A DNA stretch of 64,000 nucleotides from Lytechinus pictus. Lineage: Eukaryota. The position numbers and the translations under genes were made by a program. Positions 36,466 through 64,000 of this stretch are shown in pieces. Position 1 is the stretch's first letter. Each line of letters opens with the position of its first letter. The stretch is from positions 9,300,001 through 9,364,000 of the forward strand of contig NC_087263.1 in the NCBI RefSeq assembly GCF_037042905.1. The letters run 5' to 3'. The notes beneath the pieces were generated by a model, which was given only the letters and a program-made list of their open reading frames with translations, ran no database searches and was not told the DNA's origin.

Positions 36466-39400
36466 TTAAAGACGAGCTGCAGCTAACACAAACCAGAATG
36501 TGATCAATAGTCAATTTTCCGTATTTTCTATTTGGATAAATAAGAAAAAGTGAAAGTTATCATCGAATATCAAAAACTAGCTCTTAGACCCAAGTGAAAT
36601 GATTGACTATGATTTGACAAATGCATTACCAATTTTAATAGCTAATAACCAATACATGTATCATTAAACATGTTAAGGCACAAATACATGTACATCAGAA
36701 TCGAATACTATCAATTTCCATTCTCTTTTCCCGAAAACTTAGGAATAAAATCATTAAATTAAAGTACTGATCTAAATTGTACATTATCAATATATTGTAT
36801 GTTAATATTATAAATATACAGTACTGCAATTTTCACTAGCACTACATGCAGGTCTGAAGGCACAAATACTAGTACATGAGTTGCTTTAAATTGTTAGTCT
36901 TTGTTCAAGGCATATATATATATGTACTAATATGTTTGTATAACTTCAATTATTATTTACTCCTATTAATAATGTATATTATAAAAAGCACTAATTGTAA
37001 CAAAAACTTCATTCAGGTTTTAAATGCGGTATGAGAATGACTAGGGGATGCAAACCTTGTTTAAGGAAAAAGAGCATTTTGTGTAACGAGAAATACAGCA
37101 ATTTCCTTTTTGGAAATTTAATGTCTAATACATGATTTATACACTGAATCCTGTTTCTCCACAACAGTATTACCTGTTGCTACACATGTACTTGGTGGAG
37201 CCTCAGGCAAGCTTTGGAATGTCAAGAACTGCCATTTTGCATGTTTATCCCCTACCCCCAAAAAATAACTTCATAAGTATAAAAAGAATTCAGGATAGAA
37301 AATCAATATACTGCATGCACACCATGCCTTTATAGAAAAAATATAAATACACTGGTATGTATAATTCTAAATATGAAAATACAAAATGAATATAAATGAA
37401 AGCTACATCAAATACAATGCATAACACATACAAGTACATGTAAGTTATCGGACAGATAAAATATATGTACATGCATGTGCATAATATAAATCAATATCCA
37501 CTCTTATATACATACTGTAAATCATTAGAATCTAAATTAAAACAATAAAATTGACTACTAATCGAATTATATTTTGATCTGTGCATTATAAGCTCAATGT
37601 CACTTTACTTTGTTCAAACCATACTTATACTCTAAATACATGTACCACTTCTGTGAGGCATAAGAAAATTGTTTATAGCAATTGAAAGATTAGCACAGAC
37701 TACCAACTTATTTCTTTTTTAGCAGAGTTGTATTTTCAATATTTTTGCAAGTCCTACAACGCTAAACTTTACAGTCATGTAAAATGAACCTACTGCTTCC
37801 CATGAATTTTAACCAGCATTGTACATAAACCCTGATGCAAGCTGATTATATATATATATATAAAAAAGTGTGAACATATCTGTCTGCTTAAATATTTGGT
37901 TATCCAGTGCCTCTGAGAAAAAAAAATGAAACCGTTATTCATTTTAATATTTTGCTATCGTGATCATAAATTTGCTTCATAGATGTACATGAATGGAAAG
38001 ATATACTTCTCTTCTTTTATTTGAAGCCCACCTCAAGTTCATAATGCATGCATGACTGAGTTAAAACGATGGAAAGTGGTACTACAGTTTTCTTTTTTTG
38101 GGGGACGCACTGTACAATACAGTATTTGACGTACTCATTATCTGCACTTCAAAGTATGGCCTAAGGGCGTCAATCAAAACACGCCTTAAATCTTCTTTAT
38201 GAAGTTATAAAAAATGCTGGTTAGTTTTCTTTTTTTAGATATTTTTTAAGAAATATAGATTATATATTGGTGGATGGCACACTTGAGTATTAAAGATATA
38301 ATGGACAAATGAAAAATATTATTGAAATAATTTTGAGCCTATACAATTTGATTCTAAGCCTTCATATAAATGACTGCAATTTTACAAATGATACATGTGT
38401 AATATCCATGTATAGGATTTAGGTGTAGCTACATGCACAAATACAATGTATACCATATTGTGAAAAGAAAACAAAACAGCTCTCCTGATAAAGGAAAATA
38501 AATCTGAGTTGCATATTTAAAAGTTAGAAAAGGAAATGAAATAAGCCTCCCGATAAAGGAAAATAAATTTGAGTTGCATTTTTTACAACTTGGGAAATCA
38601 ACCCTGAATAGAAAAAAAAACAGTTCAATGGAAATGACGGGAGATTTAAAAACCTGGGGTTTTATGGAAATCTGTTGTCTCACGAGTTGTCGATTCCAAC
38701 AACTCTCCTTGATTTTGATTGGCTGAGAAGCAAAGTTGCTATGGTTACTGTGGGATAAAACAAACTTTGTCAGGCAAAACATTTGAAAAATCCTCTCGTC
38801 AAACGCTCCCCTGAAAGCGTTTCATCACCATCTGTGGTTTGACAAGTTGTCAGGGACCTGTCTTGTGATCGATCTGATCAACCACAACTATGGAAAGCCA
38901 TCAACATCTATTAGGCATCTTTGTTCAAATATTTCTAACTGTGATGTATATTCATACATGTACAATCATTGTTTTCTTGAAAATTCAGTGTGCTTCTCTT
39001 TGTTAACAAAGGGCATTGTTCAAATTTCCTGTAGAAAAAATTATGACATTGATGGATTTCCTTAGAATTGAGGTTGATCAGATCAATCATAACTCTTTGT
39101 AAGATGAGACCCACATCTGAAAATTCTACTTGGCTCTGATTGGCAGAGAATTATGTTTTTGACTGTTACTATGGTAACTGTCAGATAACACTCAACAAGC
39201 CCTTTCGTGAAACTTTCCCCTGACTTATGAGATGTAAACAATAAAATATACAAATACATGTATCATCCTTAAAGCAGTCAGTCCTTCAAATTACAGAGGA
39301 GTTTGAGATATGTGATATCAAAGCCACAGAAATAAGTTAGTATTTGAACATGCAAAAGGACATCCTATAGGTAGCACATGCACATTTCTACTTGATAATT

Positions 39401-40751
39401 TATAAATACAAATACGAAATTCGTGTCATACATGTATTTCATGTACTGTTAATATAAGAGTACGATATGAACATTTTTAATCAAGAAAATAATGTACGAC
39501 TCAGCTTTTAAAAAAATCAAAATTGAAATCATATTGAACGTGACTGGATAAATAAGAATTGACATCAGTTTATACATGTAATAGTAAAATGGTTATCTAC
39601 ATGTAACAGTACAAATTTTTAAGAATTGAAAGCCACAAAAATTTGAGTCAAATATTCAAGGTTTTCGTCCTGAGTACAATGGAATGAAAGATAATTTGGA
39701 AATTTTTAAAAGATATATTTAATCACTTCAATTTCAATGATTTATGTAATATTCAATGCAGTGACCTGCAAATTTTCTTCATTCGAAAATGAAAACAAAT
39801 TAACATTGGATTTCAAAATACAAAATGCCTATAAAAACTTGACTAAATATCAAATACAATAATTTCATTCCGAATGGCCTACTACAGGCAGAGCTGCTCT
39901 TACGTAATATCACAGCTGCTATTCATCGTCTCACCCTGGCTCAACGCTCAGGCTTGCCTGCGGAGGTGAAATTTAAAGAGGGATTATCGGGCGATACAGG
40001 GTTGATAGCGCTTGGAATAAAATATCTTGGATCCTCTAACGAGGCTTTTCGAAACAGGGATATAAAACCGCAGTTCAGAGCTGAGCAGCGATCGTCTCCC
40101 AAACTTCAACGTACATGTAACTAGTCGTATATCATAAGTATTCCAGCCAGATGTTATGTGAGGCATTCATCTCTCAAAACCATTTGTAAATACTTTACAT
40201 ATACATGTTTTAAAGATAAGATACATTTACATGTAAATACGCATGAAAGCAATATAAATTCTTGGTTTTTTTTTCACCACACTCGACAGTCGACAACTAC
40301 AATTTCATGATTTCAATTTTCAATACAATAATTCTCTGAAGAATGATTTGCAGCACACGGTATCTGACAAGTTATTAAAAATCACAAGCTTTGTATCAAG
40401 GAAATAGTACTAATATTCCCGTCATTTGCAGCCGCAATACATCTGTCATTGTATTTTGTAAAACAATCAATATCAGTGGAATACACCACCAAAAATTATT
40501 CATTTATTTCAATTCACTGAACTTCTGTCATAAATGTGTACATACAGTATATTTATATATATATAATTTATACAGACACAGATATTACACTGTTAGAGTT
40601 AGGCACATACATATAGTGCACTTTCATCATAATACAGAAATACATTCATGTATAATATAGTACTAAACTGTTATAGCGAGGCACAGTGCACTGGTGTACT
40701 GTATTCACAATACACATTTACATACATGCATACAAATAATGTGGACACTAT

Positions 40752-41069
40752 GGTCCATATTCTGAAGTCAGATTTAATTTAATCCCAGGTTTAAAGCAGT
40801 GGTTTCAGTATGGATAGCCGATAATGTCATAAATCTGTAACAGTATACCGGGTAATTTCAATGTATCAGCTCATTTTTCTCTCAAATCATTCTTAACTGC
40901 TTCGGAAGGATGAATAAGATAGCTTTCTTCACCATGACCAGCTAGGAAAGAGCACATTAATCATAAGAAATATTCAATGTAAGTACAAATTTTGACATTT
41001 TTGGCTTTCCATAAATTTTAGCAGAGTTTATACCATGGTCAAAGTTAAATCTGACTTCAGAATATGGCC
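40752..41069. mobile_element. Harbinger-like MITE (GGCCCRTATTCTGAAGTC TIR family)
   Basis: TIRs GGTCCATATTCTGAAGTCAG / CTGACTTCAGAATATGGCC; homologous to 42053-42368 and 50019-50327. Confidence 0.8.
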
Positions 41070-42052
41070 CTATCAGTTTATAGTTAGGCAAAAACCTAAA
41101 GAATTTCCAATGAATACCTACATCCCTATTAAAAACCAAAATCGACGGGGTTGATTCCCTAAATGTACAAGTGTGACTTAATATTGCTTGTGGTACATAA
41201 AATATCACTGTACAATGTGTATGTTACATTATTGAGCATGAATTAAAGTCAGACCCATGGCTTCAATAGTAAAATACTCACAGAGGTGGCACTGTGGACA
41301 TGCTTGTGAAATACATAGCCATGTCGATGACTTTGAGGGGTTTTCATTTGAATTCCTTGGCCTGAAGGTGGCTACGGTAAGCTTTACCAGTGTCTTCCAT
41401 TTACTGTTTGATTTGTCATGTGCAAAATTAACATTAACAACAATTACAATAACAATAAAAAACATGAAAACCAAGTCATCACTATATTATATGGAACAAT
41501 AACAATCATGGTAGTTTTCACACACAAGCCTTCATCCATTTACGCTGAATAATATATACGAAAATAGTTGTAAAACTAATTTCCAACATCTACATGCACG
41601 TACAGGTGTTTAGGTAGGTGCACATCGTTCTTTTAAAGAAATATAAAATGGTTGTCAATACTAAATACATGTATTGAAGATAATGTGCACATACACTGTG
41701 GGTGAGTAAATATCATCTGAATTACATATGCATATACATGTGTAGTGTGTCAGTCATGATTATTTTTTTTATTCAAATTTCCGATAATGCTGTCAACATT
41801 TCATGCTAATCATAAACGAATCCTTCATTTTTTTCATAATAAAGCACAGCACACAAAAATCATTTGAAATTCACATGCAAAAATACAAAATATATCTATG
41901 TCTTCATATGAAATTCTTCAGATTTTCTGGTCGGGTTTGTCATTACTTTTGGTAATGATAAACATATATATGTACCTGATTTCATAACAAACAATATACA
42001 AAAAAATTGTAGCAGTAATGTTTAATACAAAGTATAAAATTGTTACCCCCAT

Positions 42053-42368
42053 AGGCCCATATTCTAATGACGGGTTTAATTCAAACTCTGGTCCTAAGTT
42101 GTAGTTTAACTATGGATAGCCAATTTGTGAAATAAATCTGTAACGATGTAGGTTCAATTTAGCAACTCATTTGGATCTCAATTAATTCTTAAATATCTGG
42201 GAATGATAAATAAGATAGGTGTCTTTACCAATAAAGAATCGGGAAAGAGCACAAGTAACATCTCAGAAACATACAATGTAAACAGAAATTTGACATTTTT
42301 GGCTTCCCATAATTTTAGCGCAGAATTAGACCATGGTCCAAGTTAAACCTGACTTCAGAATACGGGCC
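42053..42368. mobile_element. Harbinger-like MITE, same family as 40752
   Basis: GGCCCATATTCT ... GACTTCAGAATACGGGCC; shared internal sequence. Confidence 0.8.
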
Positions 42369-43623
42369 ATAAAGTCCCTCGGTCCTCATCCTGTTTTGCC
42401 AAGATATTCCTCATATATCCACAAGTGCTCCATACATGCAGTGAAAATAGAACATAGGTCTGACCAGAGGTCACAGGTCATGTCATAGGTCAAGCCATTA
42501 TTTTCCATTGGTGTCGATGCAACATGATGCAGAAAGACTTTAGAACAATTTTGGCAAAGTGTGGGATATATTGCACCATTGGAAACAACATACCTATTTT
42601 CATTCCTATCTTTTGTTTTCCGAGATGTTTTTTTCTTTTAACAAAGCAACAAAAATAAAATATCAATAACACTAATACACATTACCGGTAATATATCGCT
42701 ATATAATATGCAGTCTTCATGTATATCACTTACAGAATTTTACTATCCTTGTATTAGCAAATCTTTGTTTACCCACAACCTATGTTACCTGCAACATTCT
42801 CCTCTCCCGGGGGAAATACCAATTTCACTGTCTGTTTGTTCAACAATTACAATGCATGGTAAAAATCTCATAAGCTCCTTTTATCAAATGAAAATTCATT
42901 TTATGAAAATAGTTGTAATCATCTATACACACATTTAGAACTAAGTAGAAATTTGAGACAAAATATACAACATATAAAGCGCGTCAGTAGAAAATTAAAA
43001 AAGTGAAAGCTACTGTGTATTTGAAAGATACCATAAATTCAATTACAGAAAACAGACAAAGTGTATGAAGCGTGGAATTCTCGTTTATAATGCCGTATAT
43101 AAACATGCAACTATGAATTTAATGGAAAATGAATGACTTATTGATGACAAAGCAAGTGCTTGAAACAATACATGTTTGCACAAGCTTGTCTCCTAACCCA
43201 TAAAACCAACATTGTGATTTAGCTTTAAATGGCAAACAATATAGAAGGGAACTGATTCTTTGATATTCCTATATACAGCCTTGGATCATTTCATTATCAC
43301 ACAATGAATTCCCAGACAGAAACAAAGCATAAACACCCTTTATTGGCAAGCTGCTGAAAAATGTGAAAAAAAGCAATTTTGGGGTAATAATTGGCACAAT
43401 CGAACCTCTAATTTTTTGTAATCTCGTGACTCAGATATCACAAAAGCAAAGCTAAGATAGGTTTTTTTTATATGAAACTACATCAATGCACCAGACCTTT
43501 TTGATATTCTTCTTCAAAGCGGAAGCTCAATGCAAAGTACATATCGAAAGATCGTTCAATCTTTTTCAAAAGCTTTCTTGTTGCAGATGAGACTGACTCC
43601 TCTGTTACGTTCAGATCAAAACT

Positions 43624-43884
43624 TCCTTCCCATGGTGCATTTGGACTCTTACAGACCTTCCCATGATGCAATCCATCTGTCATAATCATTCCCGTGATGC
43701 ATTGTAACTGTGACAAACCTTCCCACGATGCAATCCAACTGTCATAAACATTCCCATGATGCACTGCACCCGTCACAAACCTCCCCATGATGCACTGTAA
43801 CTGTCACAATCCTTCCCATGATGCACTGCAAATGTCATAATCCTTCCCATGATGCATTGCAACTCTTATCTTTCCCATAATGCA

Positions 43885-43888
<4 letters not shown>
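43624..43888. repeat. ~31-bp minisatellite (9 copies, core TTCCCATGATGCA) abutting the phosphatase stop codon
   Basis: Core seen at ~43627, 43658, 43689, 43720, 43751, 43782, 43813, 43844 and 43872. Confidence 0.9.
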
Positions 43889-63535
<19,647 letters not shown>

Positions 63536-64000
63536 CTGGTGAGAAAAATATAATAATCGTCAGGGGGGAGGGAGTGTTTCACAAAGATTTAGATATGACT
63601 TTTAAGTTTATGCTTAGTGCCAACGCGCAGAGGGCTATGCCCAAGGCACACAATGCGATCCGTTGCGACACAATTTTTTTGATAAATCGCATTTGCATTA
63701 AACGTGAAAGTACCAAGACGTAAAATTATTTCATTTGAATTTTGGCATAATGAAAGTCATTAGGATTTGAATTTGCTTTTATTCCTAGGAGGCTTGAACT
63801 AGACTGAATTTCGATTGCAGTAGTCAATGATTAGAATGTTCATATCGTATGGTATTACAATTTCTTTGAAATTCGGATCGCAACGAATCACGTAGTGTGC
63901 GCCAGGCATTAGGGTTGATAATAAACATGCAATCCATTAACTGATAAATATGCAGTAATGTGCATCCTCTGAGCATGATTCGACCAATGCAGTGATGATA

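Noticed and set aside
43483-43788. 101-aa ORF with repeated HHG/WEG motifs
   Set aside because: It is a translation of the 31-bp minisatellite, whose period is not a multiple of three.

Overview
AT-rich, repeat-dense animal genomic DNA with spliced genes and three N-gaps. The repeat families and gene content look like an echinoderm, probably a sea urchin (inference). Three protein-coding genes could be reconstructed with frame-consistent GT-AG splicing. (1) First coding exon of a PDE3 cGMP-inhibited phosphodiesterase on the - strand (3338-4132); the gene continues out of the window to the left. (2) A complete 11-exon + strand gene (15379-32244, 1064 aa by my splice model) encoding VWA + DUF4537-like + short repeats + coiled coil (VWA3B/C11orf16-like), with an RFX X-box upstream. 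(3) The 3' part (11 exons, 43885-63535) of a single-domain R3-type receptor tyrosine phosphatase on the - strand. Genes 2 and 3 converge, with apparent back-to-back poly(A) signals near 35.6 kb. Introns and spacers hold a DD38E Tc1-like element, hAT-, ISL2EU-, Kolobok-, Harbinger- and Helentron-like non-autonomous elements, three tRNA-derived SINE families and LINE remnants. The most unusual signal is a partition of two palindromic words: TAGGCCTA-like in the CpG-rich left part and TACATGTA in the gene bodies. Several TACATGTA copies appear as 6-nt insertions at a TA, as expected for transposon excision footprints. All coordinates and counts were obtained by eye.
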